Source: Octopus bimaculoides (lineage: Eukaryota). From it: a stretch of DNA of 64,000 bases. Position numbers and translations under genes: made by a program. The stretch is taken from the NCBI RefSeq assembly GCF_001194135.2, contig NC_068989.1:36686163-36750162 (forward strand), written 5' to 3'. The notes below the pieces were generated by a model. That model made no database searches and was not told the DNA's origin. It worked only from the letters and a program-made list of their open reading frames with translations. Positions within the stretch are counted from its first letter, which is position 1, and each line of letters starts with the position of its first letter. Positions 13,470 to 25,249 of this stretch are shown here, in pieces.

Positions 13470-14110
13470 ACAAATTAATTGTTTCTCTTTAGTACATATC
13501 TAACTGTGTCTAATTTTGTCAGCATTTCTCAAAACGACTTTCTGCAAACATCACACTAAACAGGTTTCTCAGCTAAGAGAATAAAGAGATGTTTATTTAA
13601 AGAACTTTTCGTATGAGAAAGATTTCTTGCAAATTTTGCAGAAATTGAATTTATTAGTATTTTAGTAGATATTGAGTTGGTGCTGCTGTAATTCAATATG
13701 CGACAAGAACGTTTCACACAGATTTCACACTTAAATGGTTTGATGCCTGTATGTGTTAGTTTAGTATCTTAAATCAAACTGCTACAACTATAGTGTCTTT
13801 AACAAATATAAAAGTTGAATAAGTTTTATCATTATGTATTTCTATGTTTCTTCATATCAAGCTTCTTAGTAAAATGCAGATTACACACATCTTACTAGAA
13901 TGGTTTTCCTCTTCAGTTTGAATTGACTTGTATTACAATAATTTCATGTTTTGAGGAAAATAAGTTTCTGGGACAGAAATTTTAAGTTGCTCTTCTAAAT
14001 TGAGAAAATACTTTCCATAAATTCTCTGAGAAGCAAAATTTCTTCCTTGTTACCATTGATGTTTGTTGGTTTTTTTCCTGGATGTCTCAAATTTGTGTGA
14101 AATTACAACC
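13470..14110 (-). pseudogene. Decayed tandem C2H2 zinc-finger coding region (about 5-6 fingers)
   Basis: Minus-strand translation with stops and frameshifts gives GKPF**DVCNLHFTKKLDMKKHRNT*, YIC*RHYSCSSLI*DTKLTHTGIKPFKCEICVKR (HTGIKPFKC at 13753-13727), FCKICKKSFSY..SSLNKHLFI and AEKPV*CDVCRKSF*. These are CxxC..F.....L..H units with TGEKP-like linkers. Confidence 0.8.
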
Positions 14111-16244
14111 ATCATTACTCTCTTCATTTATTTGAAGTGGAGGGAAGTTGTGGAAGAGAGGCCAGAGAAGACATAGGATAATGTATTGAAGGCTGATCTC
14201 AAAACACTGAACCTTACGAAGGAGATGACAGGGGACTGAGATTGCTGTACTCGAGAAGACTCACTCTCCACAACAGAACTGAGATCCTAAAACCAAGGTG
14301 CCACATAAAAAGCACTGGGGCTGGTACCTTGTAAAAAGCACCTAGTACACTCTGTGGAGTGATTGGCGTTAAGCAGGACATCCAGCCATAGAAATCAAGC
14401 CTAAACAGCCTATGGAACCTGATGTGGACCCTGGCCTTGCCAATTCCTGTCAAACTGTCAAAACCATGCCAATATAGAAAACGGATGTTAAATGCTACTG
14501 ATGATGATGATGATTGCTAATACCATTGTGGTTTGTGACTGTCATGGGATTCTTAATACTATTGTCTTTGAGTTTTGGGGCTAAAAATCCAAGAGAGGTT
14601 CTGTAACAGAAACCACAGAAGTATATGTCATTGAGATGTTGAAATATCAATGAGATCTATGTTTACAATTATATTTACAACTAGCAACAGCTAAAATTTT
14701 AGATAGGCACAGGCATGGCTGTGGGGTTAAGAAGCTTAGTTCCTAACCACATAATTCTGGGTCCAGTCCCACTGCATGGTACATTGGGCAAGTGTTTTCT
14801 ACTATAGCTCCAGGCTATATTAGAGCCATGTGAGTGGATTTGGTAGATGGAAATTGAAAGAAGTCCATCATGTGTGTGTGTGTGTGTGTGTCAGTGAGTG
14901 CCCCCCCCCACTACTGCTTGACAACCAGTGCTTATGTGTTTATATCCCCACAACTTAGTGTTTTGGCAAAGAGACTGATAGAATAAGTAGCAGGCTTAAA
15001 GAAAAAGAAAAAAAAATACTGAGGGTTGATTCATTTGACTAAAAATTCTTCAAGGCAATGCCTCAGCCTGATAAGAGTAAAAAACATAAGTGAATGTATG
15101 GAAAACAAAATAGTAATTTTGAAAGAAGTATCTATAAGACTAGTTTTTAAACATTAAATAACAACGAAGGTCCACCGAAATAAAATAGTAATCAAAAGAG
15201 TCCATAGATAAAAAAAACAGTTGAGAGCCACTGCTTTAGTAGACCTGCAAAGATTAACCTACTCAAGGTGAGTACAAAGGAGGCTCCATGGGCACATTGT
15301 GGCACAAGGGACATTCTGAATGGCACACCAATGAAAAATTACCTTGAATTTATTTCCTAATGCAGCCCACCTGATGATGAGACATGTTTTGTGCAGCCTG
15401 CTTCTTGAAAAAGATTTCTCATACCTGCTCTATATGGTGGCTTGATCTGCTAGAGATAGCAGCAAATTAATGTAAGTATGTATGTGTGAGTGTATGTATG
15501 TATGTATGTATGTATGTTATCAATCAGTTTCATTTCTGTATTTCTTGTCCATAGAGAAAGAGCCGGACTCTAACATAGATTCAAGGCTCCTTCATTGGAA
15601 CTTTTATCAGCATCATCTAGACATTTGTGCATATGTGTGTGTGTGTGTGTGCAGTATTTGGTGTTAGTGTNNNNNNNNNNNNNNNNNNNNNNNNNNNNNN
15701 NNNNNNNNNNNNNNNNNNNNNNNNNNNNNNNNNNNNNNNNNNNNNNNNNNNNNNNNNNNNNNNNNNNNNNNNNNNNNNNNNNNNNNNNNNNNNNNNNNNN
15801 NNNNNNNNNNNNNNNNNNNNNNNNNNNNNNNNNNNNNNNNNNNNNNNNNNNNNNNNNNNNNNNNNNNNNNNNNNNNNNNNNNNNNNNNNNNNNNNNNNNN
15901 NNNNNNNNNNNNNNNNNNNNNNNNNNNNNNNNNNNNNNNNNNNNNNNNNNNNNNNNNNNNNNNNNNNNNNNNNNNNNNNNNNNNNNNNNNNNNNNNNNNN
16001 NNNNNNNNNNNNNNNNNNNNNNNNNNNNNNNNNNNNNNNNNNNNNNNNNNNNNNNNNNNNNNNNNNNNNNNNNNNNNNNNNNNNNNNNNNNNNNNNNNNN
16101 NNNNNNNNNNNNNNNNNNNNNNNNNNNNNNNNNNNNNNNNNNNNNNNNNNNNNNNNNNNNNNNNNNNNNNNNNNNNNNNNNNNNNNNNNNNNNNNNNNNN
16201 NNNNNNNNNNNNNNNNNNNNNNNNNNNNNNNNNNNNNNNNNNNN

Positions 16245-16531
16245 TATCATCATCATTGTCACCATCATGATCATGATCATCATTATCATCATCATCATTG
16301 CTGTCATCATTGTAGTTGTAATTGTCATCATCATCATCATCAACACCATCATCACCATCATTGTTGTCATCATCATCATTATTGTTATCATTGTTGTCAT
16401 CATCATCATTATTATTATCATGATTGTCATCATCATCATTGTAGTTGTTGTTGTCATCATTATCATCATCATCGTTGCCTTTATCATCATCATCAACATC
16501 ATTATCATCATCATCATCATCATCATCATCC

Positions 16532-16590
<59 letters not shown>

Positions 16591-16625
16591 GATATCATCG
16601 AAATAATTATCGCTGCAATCATCAA
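16245..16625. repeat. Compound (CAT)n/(TGT)n trinucleotide microsatellite beside a gap
   Basis: Direct sequence; it explains the poly-H/I/D/M ORFs. Confidence 0.97.
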
Positions 16626-17804
16626 TCATCACCTTAACTGTAATCATTGTTGCCACCAGCATAAATGTTACAATGTAAAAAAGAAAAGAGAATAAGAAGG
16701 AGTGATAGAGAAAGAGAGAGGGGGAGAGAAAGAGAGAGAAAGAGAAAAAGACAGAGAGAGAAAGTGCAACTTCAATATTTTCTCTCCACCCCCCTTTCGC
16801 CCTAGCACTTCATAAGTTTGTAATTTTATAACATTTGGTGAACTTCCTGTCAAAAATATGCTGATAACCAGGTCAGGAAATTTAATGACTTTATGTCAGT
16901 ATGATTAGGCACCAGTATATCTGTCCTATTGTTTTATGGTAGCACCAGCTGGACACAAAGAATCAATTTACAAAACTTTGAGCTAATTGCTTATTAGGGC
17001 AAATGTTGAAATACAGCACCATCTTAAATATATATTTGCTTTGTGTATGGATGTGTAGATACTGGTATGTTTGAGTGGTTCACCAGCTTGACTTGGAACA
17101 GTAAGATTCTGGGTCCAACCCCATGGTTTGATGTGCGTGTGTGTGAGCATGTGTATGTGTGGGTGTATCTTTCCAATGTCTTGATATTTGCTTATTGTCA
17201 TGGGTTGCTTATCGTCATGGTACAGAGCATTTACCTGCAGTTTGCGAGGTACAGGAGATTGATTCTCTGAAGCACCTACTGGCAACATTTTTACATGGCA
17301 GTGAGCTGGCAAAATTGTTAGCAGGCTGGACAAATTTTTAGTGGCATTTTATCTGTCTTTATGGTCTGATTTCAAATTCCTTAAAAGTCAACTTTTCCTT
17401 TCATCCTTTCAAGGTCAGTAAAATAAGAACTAGTTGAACACTGGGGTTGTTGTAATCAACTTATCCCCTCTCCAAAACTGCTGGCCTTGTGCCAAAATTT
17501 GAAACTAGTATTATTTGATTCTATAATAATAAACGTGAAATTCTGTTTGTCCATCCATCTGGGAATCCTGTATCTCAGTCAACATCTGTTCTATATCGAC
17601 ATATACCTTTTTGGAATCAGGATGATCCTGGGATTGAAAATCTGGCCTTCATTTGATTCTTGAACATCCAGCATTGGGATCAGATCTGGATGAGGATTTG
17701 TTATATGCTAACAGTTGAAAATTCAAATTTTAAAACAACTCTGGAAATTTTTGAACCTAAAGTTTTTCATTTAAACTGAATTTAAAGTAATACCATATTG
17801 GTTG

Positions 17805-18168
17805 TTGGCACTCCATCGCTTACGACGTCGAGGGTTCCAGTTGATCCGATCAACAGAACAGCCTGCTCATGAAATTAATGTGCAAGTGGCTGAGCACTCC
17901 ACAGACACATGTACCCTTAACGTAGTTCTCGGGGATATTCAACGTGACACAGTGTGACAAGGCTGACCCTTTGAATTACAGGCACAACAGAAACCGGAAG
18001 TAAGAGAGAGAGAAAGTTGTGGTGAAAGAGTACAGCAGGGTTTTCCACCACCCCTTGTGGAGCTTTAGGTGTTTTTGCTCAATAAACACTCACAACACCT
18101 GGTCTGGAAATCGAAACCGCGATCCTATGACTACGAGTCCACTGCCCTAACCACTGGGCCATTGCACC
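17805..18168 (-). mobile_element. tRNA-derived SINE, full-length copy (other copies 27967-28282 +, ~19770-19940 +, ~41220-41520 -)
   Basis: Reverse complement begins GGGTGCAATGGCCCAGTGGTTAGGGCAGTGGACTCGTAG...GGTTTCGATTTCC (A box and B box), followed by a non-tRNA body shared with 27967-28282. Confidence 0.85.
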
Positions 18169-18299
18169 CCAACAACCATATTGGTAGGGTACCAATAAAT
18201 GCTTTATTATTATTGCTTTCTTTAGTTTTGATCTGCAGAAGCTAGCCTAAAAGTCCACACAGGGTGTGGCTTTTAAGCTAGTACTGCATAAAAGCAATA

Positions 18300-18545
18300 A
18301 TCAATACCACAGTCTGTCAATAATATTCCAAAAACTTTAAAGGAGAAAAAGAGCCCATAACATTGAAATTGTACCTGGACAAATTTCTCCAAGAAATACT
18401 AGACTAACCATCAACTCAGTAAACAACAACTTTCAACTTGAATGGGCTATGATGTCCTAAAACATGACTTAAAAGACAACCCCATGTGATGTTATTAGGT
18501 TAGACTTGGCCTGGGCCAATGATGGCCAAAACCTAAGTTAATTGT
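18300..18545 (+). mobile_element. CR1-type LINE 3' end
   Basis: Similar to 49060-49310 (ctggacaaatttctcc..., gaatgggccatg..., ttaagttagac..gcctgggcc). Confidence 0.65.
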
Positions 18546-19359
18546 GTGTTTGCGAAAACATATCTAGTCATTGAGCTGCTTGTTGTTTGTAAAACTAAAG
18601 GAAATGCTACTTTTCTTGATAGGATTGGGAACAGGGAGAGCATCTGGCCGTAGAAAAACTGTTTTATTAAGTTTCATTTGATCCATGCAAGCAGATGACA
18701 ATGACAATGATGGTTGTGGTAGTGATGGTGATGCTGGTGCTGCTGATAATGATGGTTGTTGTTGTTGTTGTTGTTGTGGTGCTGCAGCTGACGATGATGA
18801 CAACAATGATGATGGTCTAATTTTACCTTAGGGTTGACACCTGTAGATGTTTAAGCAGGGCATCAGCTATATTAATCTCTCTCTATCCACTTTATAGGAG
18901 AATCTGTGAATGTCAAGAAGCGCTGTTCTTTCTCCCTTTGACTAACTTATGAATAAGTTAAAAAGTGTCTGTTTTAATAATTTATCTACCTTAAAACATT
19001 GCCATCAGGTCCATAAGAATAAATGTCTTTTCAATTTATATAGTATTTTCAGGGTGCAGACATGGATGTGTGGTTAAGAAGGTCACTTTGCAACTGCACG
19101 AATCCGGGTTCAGTTCCACTGTGCAGCATTTTGGGCAATTGTCTTCTATTACAGCCCTGGGGTGACCAATGTCTTGTGAGTAAATATGTGGAAGCTCATA
19201 GTATGTGTGTGTGTGTGTGTGTGTGTGTGCACACACCTTCATGCATGCCTGTGTGTGTCTGTGTTTGTTGCCCAACCATCTGCTGCTTGACAATTGGTGT
19301 TGGCAGAAGAAATAGATAGAATAAGTACCAGGCTTAAAAAAAAACTAAAAATCCTCTAA

Positions 19360-19568
19360 CCCTTTTGCACTTAAATTGATCATATCTCACCAAAATATTC
19401 TTCCTGTTTTATGTTCAAACCAGGCAAACCTGGCCTCACGCTATGTCATTCTAAAAATAAACAATCACATCATCAAAATCTCTAAGTTACAAGATAATGT
19501 ATGATTAATTCAAAACAGTGTGAATAAATAAGTATCACATTTGACAGAATAATCTGAATGCTAAAGGG
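19360..19568. mobile_element. piggyBac-like MITE (copies at 42068-42286, 45124-45325 and a partial at ~61527-61600)
   Basis: (T/C)TAA-CCCTTT...AAAGGG-TTAA termini, ~210-220 bp, shared interior. Confidence 0.7.
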
Positions 19569-21539
19569 TTAAACTGGTGCTCAAGTATGGCCATAGTCTA
19601 ATGACTAAAACAAGTAAAAGATAAAAGATAGCAAATGAATGATGAATTACCGAAATGTTAACAGTGTTAGATTTTGCTCCTATAATGGACTGCAGAATAA
19701 ATCTCTAGATTTCAGCCAACACAGCATCTGTGAATAAAACACAGGACAGCATCAGTCAACCAGTCCCAATATTCACTATATCATAAGTTCACACTGAAAC
19801 TCTCTGAGAACTATGTTAAGGGTATGCATGTTTGTGGAGTACTCAGCCATTTGCACATTAAGTTCACCAGCCAACTGTTTCATTGATTAGATTGACTGGA
19901 ACACTCGTCATTGTAATTGTCATTGTAATTAACAGAGTGCTAGTTAGTTGTCACACAAATTGTATTAACCTCATTTACATTGATTCTGAAGGAAATGAGG
20001 AACTATTTTAGAGTGGTTGTAAGTCAGTTATTCTTCTTAGGCTGTGCATAAGTTTGGAAGATTATGTGTATAGACAATGACCATTCAAAAGTTAGAGTTA
20101 GCAAATATTTTATTAACCTGCATTATTATATTTACAAATGTACATTCAATAAGTTAATGGGTCACTGTTCAGTGCACATAATGGTTAGGAATCTTTTGTA
20201 TATTACTTACTGGATAATCTAATGAATGTAGTACAAGGAAATAACTCCCTGCATGTAATTGATATGAGTTACTGGACTCTACAAGTACAGGTTTGTGCCT
20301 TTTGTTGCTTTTGACATAATCATGTTACTTAAAAGTGAAAGAAGTGGAGAGAACAACTTGTTGATACAAGTGACATAGATTCTCCTAGACGACTTAATGG
20401 CTGTCTTTGGTCATATGAGAGAGACTAATATGCAGAAGAAATGCAACATGACCAATATAAACCTAGGATAGCTCTGCTTAAGTTGAATTCATTTGTCTGT
20501 TTATAACAGTCAGCCCCAAATATTAGAGTCTTTGGCCAGGAAAACTCACGCATTTCCATTGAAGATTGCTATTTTGGCCATAATAAGCCAGCCAGTGCAT
20601 ATTGGCATAGAGTTAAAAAATACCTTTTATGATGACATTTTTTTCTTTTATAGAATTACATTAGTTTGTGGTTCTGGCTGAGAAAATCTGAAGGCTATGG
20701 TTCAAATGTCAGCTGGTGTTTCACTATAACTCTTTAAAATGAAGGGAGAAAACTCTAATCCCTTCTTCATTTATTTCTATTCTGTGCTGGAATTATTATA
20801 GTACTGGGTTTTTGACTTAGATAATTTTCAACAGGATGTTAACCCTTTATTTGCAATATTTCACTTGAAAGACACTGCCTTTGTTTCAAATAATGAAGAA
20901 TTTAGTAAAATACTTTTGTCCTGATTAAGCTTGTGTTTGGAACATGAATTAACATGAAATTTTGATGAAACATTTTAATTTAGAACACTTTAAAATAAGA
21001 AGAATTGATATCATAGAGTCAAGGGTGGTCTCAGGCAGATTGGTATTCAAAAGGTATGGGTTAATGCACTAGACAGTCATTTACAACTTTCTTTATATAC
21101 AATCTCTCTTCCCTGTGAGTAGAAAAAGAGGGACCAGCTTCCAAGAATGTATTATTAATGCAAATCAGGTTATCCAATTTAATGAAGCTCTTAACCTTTT
21201 GACATTAACCCACTTAAGACGACCCTGGGTTCTATAATGCTAACTTTCTCACTTAAAGTGACTGAAATTAAAACCTGCCAAAATTTCATGTTAGTTTATG
21301 TTTCAATACCAACTTAATAACAACAAAGTTATTTTACTAAATTATTCGTGATTTTCAAAATTAATTCAAATAAAGGTCATGTATTTTAGCAGAAATAGGG
21401 TAACAAAGAAGGGCAATTAATGATTTTCAACATTGGAACAGAGCCAAATATTTGAAGGGAGAGGAACATTTGATCAATTGGCATTTTATTTTATCAACCC
21501 TTAAGGTATAGAAAACAAAGACCTTGGTGAGATTTGACT

Positions 21540-21745
21540 GCAAATAACAGAATCTTCAAACTATTGAATTATTTATTGAAAGTATCTGAGAGAGCCTTAG
21601 AAAAGTTTGTACAAGATAGTGTTAACTTGCATAAGATACAGTTTGGATTTATGTCAGAACATGGAACTATAGATACTATAATAAGTTCTAGGCAGAGAAC
21701 AAATCATTTTACTATGTCTTCATTGATTTAGATCCTTGAAATCAG
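21540..21745 (+). mobile_element. RTE RT fragment
   Basis: VNLHKIQFGFMSEHGTIDTI...YVFIDL resembles the QFGF...STSNAIF...AFIDMEKAFD segment of the RTE at 35700-35870. Confidence 0.65.
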
Positions 21746-22516
21746 TGAGAATCAATGGTACTTAAGGGTATTAAAAATATGAGTTTAGTTTAACAGCTTG
21801 CGATAGCAATAGAAGCTATGTTTTTAAGCATTGTAAGCAAGATAAGGTTTAGCAATAAATTTAATGATAAATTTTCTATACAGGCTTCTCAGCCATGTAG
21901 TCTTGGTTTCAGTTCCACTGCAAAGCACTTTAGGCAAGTGTCTAAACCCAATCTGACCAAAGCCTTGTGAGGGGTTTTGGTAGATGGAAACTGAAAAAAG
22001 ACCAATATATAGGTGCATGTGTGTGTGTGTGCTGTGTGTGTATGTATGTGTGTGTGTATATGTATGTGTGTGTGTGTGTATGTATGTGTGTATGTATGTG
22101 TGTGTTTGTATGTATGTCATTGATCAATTTTATTTCAAGATTTCTTGCCAATAGAGAAAGAGCCAGTTTTTAACCTAGACCCAAGGCTCCTTCACTGGAA
22201 TTTCAACATCAACAACAGGGTATTTTTGTTTGTATGTATGTATGTATGTATGTATGTATGTATGTANNNNNNNNNNTATGTTAAGATTTTGCTTACGCAT
22301 AGTGATATTAACTTGTTAGAACTCTATATGCATATGCTTCAGAGTAAAGCATTGAGCTTATTTAAAAGGCTCTGAGAAAGCTCTAAGGTGATGCACAAGC
22401 ACTCATCCCCGAGTGCTCTACATCTTATAGCAGAAATAGCTGTAAACTAATAAAGTTGATTACATAATTCCTGTACCCTTGTCAGTTTTAAATTTCATGT
22501 ATATGTATGTATGTAT

Positions 22517-22554
<38 letters not shown>

Positions 22555-22964
22555 GTTCGTGTGCACATGTTTCAACCCTTGCCTTGACATCATGTGATGG
22601 ATGTAAACAAGCATTACTGTTATACAAACAATGTTGTTTGTTTCCAGTTTTTTGTCTTCTGATATCAGAAACATGTCTAACCAAGGGGAAATATTACCTT
22701 GCTTAAAAACAGGTGAGGGGTGACAACAGGAAGGGCATCTAGCTATAGAAAATCTGCTTAAATGAATTCTGTTTGACCCATGCAAGCATGGAAAAGTAGA
22801 CATTAAGTGACGACAATGATGACAACGGCGGTGACAACAACAATATATACATGACAGGCTTTCATTGGTTCAGGGCTGTTGTAGAAAACACTTGTCCAAG
22901 ATTGCAAAGTAGAGGTCTTAACCACACAGCTATGCCAACAGCTATCTGTCTGTCTATCTATCTA

Positions 22965-23015
<51 letters not shown>

Positions 23016-23019
23016 ATAT

Positions 23020-23226
23020 ATATGGGAGAATTTCCGAAAAAAAACAACAGACGAAGACAGGTGGTGTAAGCAACAAATGGATGTATTAGTTTAACGCTCA
23101 GGAATAGAGAAAGTCTTTGACATTTCGAGCTACGCTCTTCAACTGAAAGGAACACAGAAAGAAACAAGGAGAGAAACAAGGAGAAAAAAAATATAAATGT
23201 AGCGGTCAGCGATCTATCATGGCGAA
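23020..23226 (-). mobile_element. Penelope-like element terminal (pLTR) fragment with hammerhead-like motif
   Basis: Same family as 62860-63235; minus strand CTTT CAGTTGA A GAGC GTA GCTC GAAAT GTC AAAG at 23149-23115. Confidence 0.55.
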
Positions 23227-24019
23227 NNNNNNNNNNNNNNNNNNNNNNNNNNNNNNNNNNNNNNNNNNNNNNNNNNNNNNNNNNNNNNNNNNNNNNNNNN
23301 NNNNNNNNNNNNNNNNNNNNNNNNNNNNNNNNNNNNNNNNNNNNNNNNNNNNNNNNNNNNNNNNNNNNNNNNNNNNNNNNNNNNNNNNNNNNNNNNNNNN
23401 NNNNNNNNNNNNNNNNNNNNNNNNNNNNNNNNNNNNNNNNNNNNNNNNNNNNNNNNNNNNNNNNNNNNNNNNNNNNNNNNNNNNNNNNNNNNNNNNNNNN
23501 NNNNNNNNNNNNNNNNNNNNNNNNNNNNNNNNNNNNNNNNNNNNNNNNNNNNNTACGAATCTCTTGCAACTTTGTACACACACACACACACACACACATC
23601 TACATGCTCAATATACAATATATTCCTATGTTTAAAACACAGCAGTTTTGCTGCAAAGCCAGTATGTCAGCAAAGATACACCGACAAATAATTATCAGTG
23701 TGAAACTGTTAAAATCTCAACTGGTTTTTCTGCAGCCAATCTTCTGCTTTGCCAAATTTTGTCTCCAACTAGTTAGCAAACAAACTGCAAACTACAGCTG
23801 CTGGTGTGAGTCTGACAACTTGTTTATAGATAATCTACTATATCTCAGTGACATTGTGGAATGGAATATCTGTGGCTGAGTTATAAATTTACTATAGAAC
23901 ACACACACACACACACATGTGCGCACGTGCATGCTATTGTAAAATACAATATAAATAAAAGAATACAACAGAAAATGTTCGTTTTTTATGGCCAATATGA
24001 ATAACACAATATATCTTCC

Positions 24020-24470
24020 TGTCTGTCAGTTAGTCTGTCTGTTTGTTGTCCTGTTGATCTGTCTGTCTGTCTGATTAGCTGTCTATGTGCCAGTCTGTTG
24101 GTCTATCTGCATGCCTCTCAGTCTGTTAATCTATCTGCCCACCTCCTGCTTCTTCCCTGTCTATCTCTCTGTCTACCTGCCTATCTGTCCATCTGTCTGT
24201 CTACATACCAGCCTATATGCCTGTGTGTCTCTTTGCTTGTCTGTCTGTCTGTTAGTCTGTCTATCTACCCGTTTGTCTGTCTGTGCCTGTTTATTCATCT
24301 CTATTTATCTTCCTGTCTATCTGCCAGTGTGTTTGCCTGCCTGCTTGCCTGCCTGCCTGCCTGCCTGCCTGCTACCCTGTCTATCTGTTTGTCTACCTAA
24401 CTGTCTGTTTGTCTCTCTGTCTGACTACCTGTTTATCTATGTTTATTTATCTATTTACCTGTCACTCTAG
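24020..24470. repeat. Degenerate (TCTG/TCTA/CCTG)n tetranucleotide low-complexity repeat
   Basis: Direct sequence. Confidence 0.93.
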
Positions 24471-24769
24471 CTGTCATATATTAGCCACCTGTTCATTGGA
24501 AGAGGACAGTCTATCAACATAAAGAAATCATTTCTTAAAAGCAAGTTTGTTTTTAATTAAGCAATTTAAAATAGTGTAATCTATATATGTAAAACTAAGA
24601 ATGTGTGTCTGTCTGTGTGTATGTGTGCATCACAAAAACTCGAGAACTAGCCTACCAATTTCATTCAAACTTTACACATGCCTTACTTAGGGTCCATGGA
24701 GTGTCATGGGCCAAAAAATTCTTCAACTTCTTGCCTAATGTGAGCCTGAAGCAATCTTTTAGTTTTGTT

Positions 24770-25100
24770 TGAGGATCTCTTTCTCAATTTGTTTCCAGTT
24801 TGCCTTATGGAAGTTCAAATTGGAAAGATTCTGAGAGTTTCTTGTAGGTTGCATGTCCATGGTTTCCTTTGGTCCGAACATGGTCGTCAGCTCTACCATG
24901 TTGTTACAAAACAATATATGTCAGAGCTATGTGAAACAAAATAGCCCCAGAAGTGATCACGAAAGCATCAGACATTGTATTTCACTGTAGCTGTGGATCA
25001 TCAATACCACATATTCATGTTACTTCTAAAATAAAATAGAAATCACAAGACTGAACTATTTACAGATAGTGTATAAACTATTTGCTGGTCTGCAATGGCA
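24770..25100 (-). mobile_element. CR1-type LINE fragment (endonuclease-RT linker)
   Basis: Minus strand ...NMVELTTMFGPKETMDMQPTRNSQNLSNLNFHKANWKQI; the LNF.KA.W motif follows the APE domain in CR1/L2 elements. Confidence 0.55.
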
Positions 25101-25249
25101 CTGCATCAGTAGAATAAATTCAGAATGTATATAATAAATTCAGAATATATATAATAAATTCAGAATATGCAATAGAAGTAGCTCAGTAATTTAAACACTA
25201 TCAATATCACATACCTAATGTATGTGTGTTTTAAACACCAGAAGATGCA

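Noticed and set aside
15368-15400. CTGATGA core match
   Set aside because: No stem II-GAAA follows; chance match. The same applies to CTGATGA hits inside (GAT)n tails.
15570-16695. Long ORFs rich in M/I/H/D (332-366 aa)
   Set aside because: They consist of an N gap plus a (CAT)n microsatellite. The same applies to the other gap-spanning or (CA)n/(TA)n ORFs (e.g. 2660-3129, 7138-7825, 9120-10205, 22958-23635, 40361-40950, 51719-52399).
18090-18168. tRNA gene
   Set aside because: A and B boxes are present but run into a SINE body shared by several copies and lack a complete cloverleaf; it is a SINE head.
20510-20632. Possible terminal exon SAPNIRVFGQENSRISIEDCYFGHNKPASAYWHRVKKYLL*
   Set aside because: It has an AG acceptor, but I recognise no homology and found no partner exons; unsupported without BLASTx or RNA-seq.
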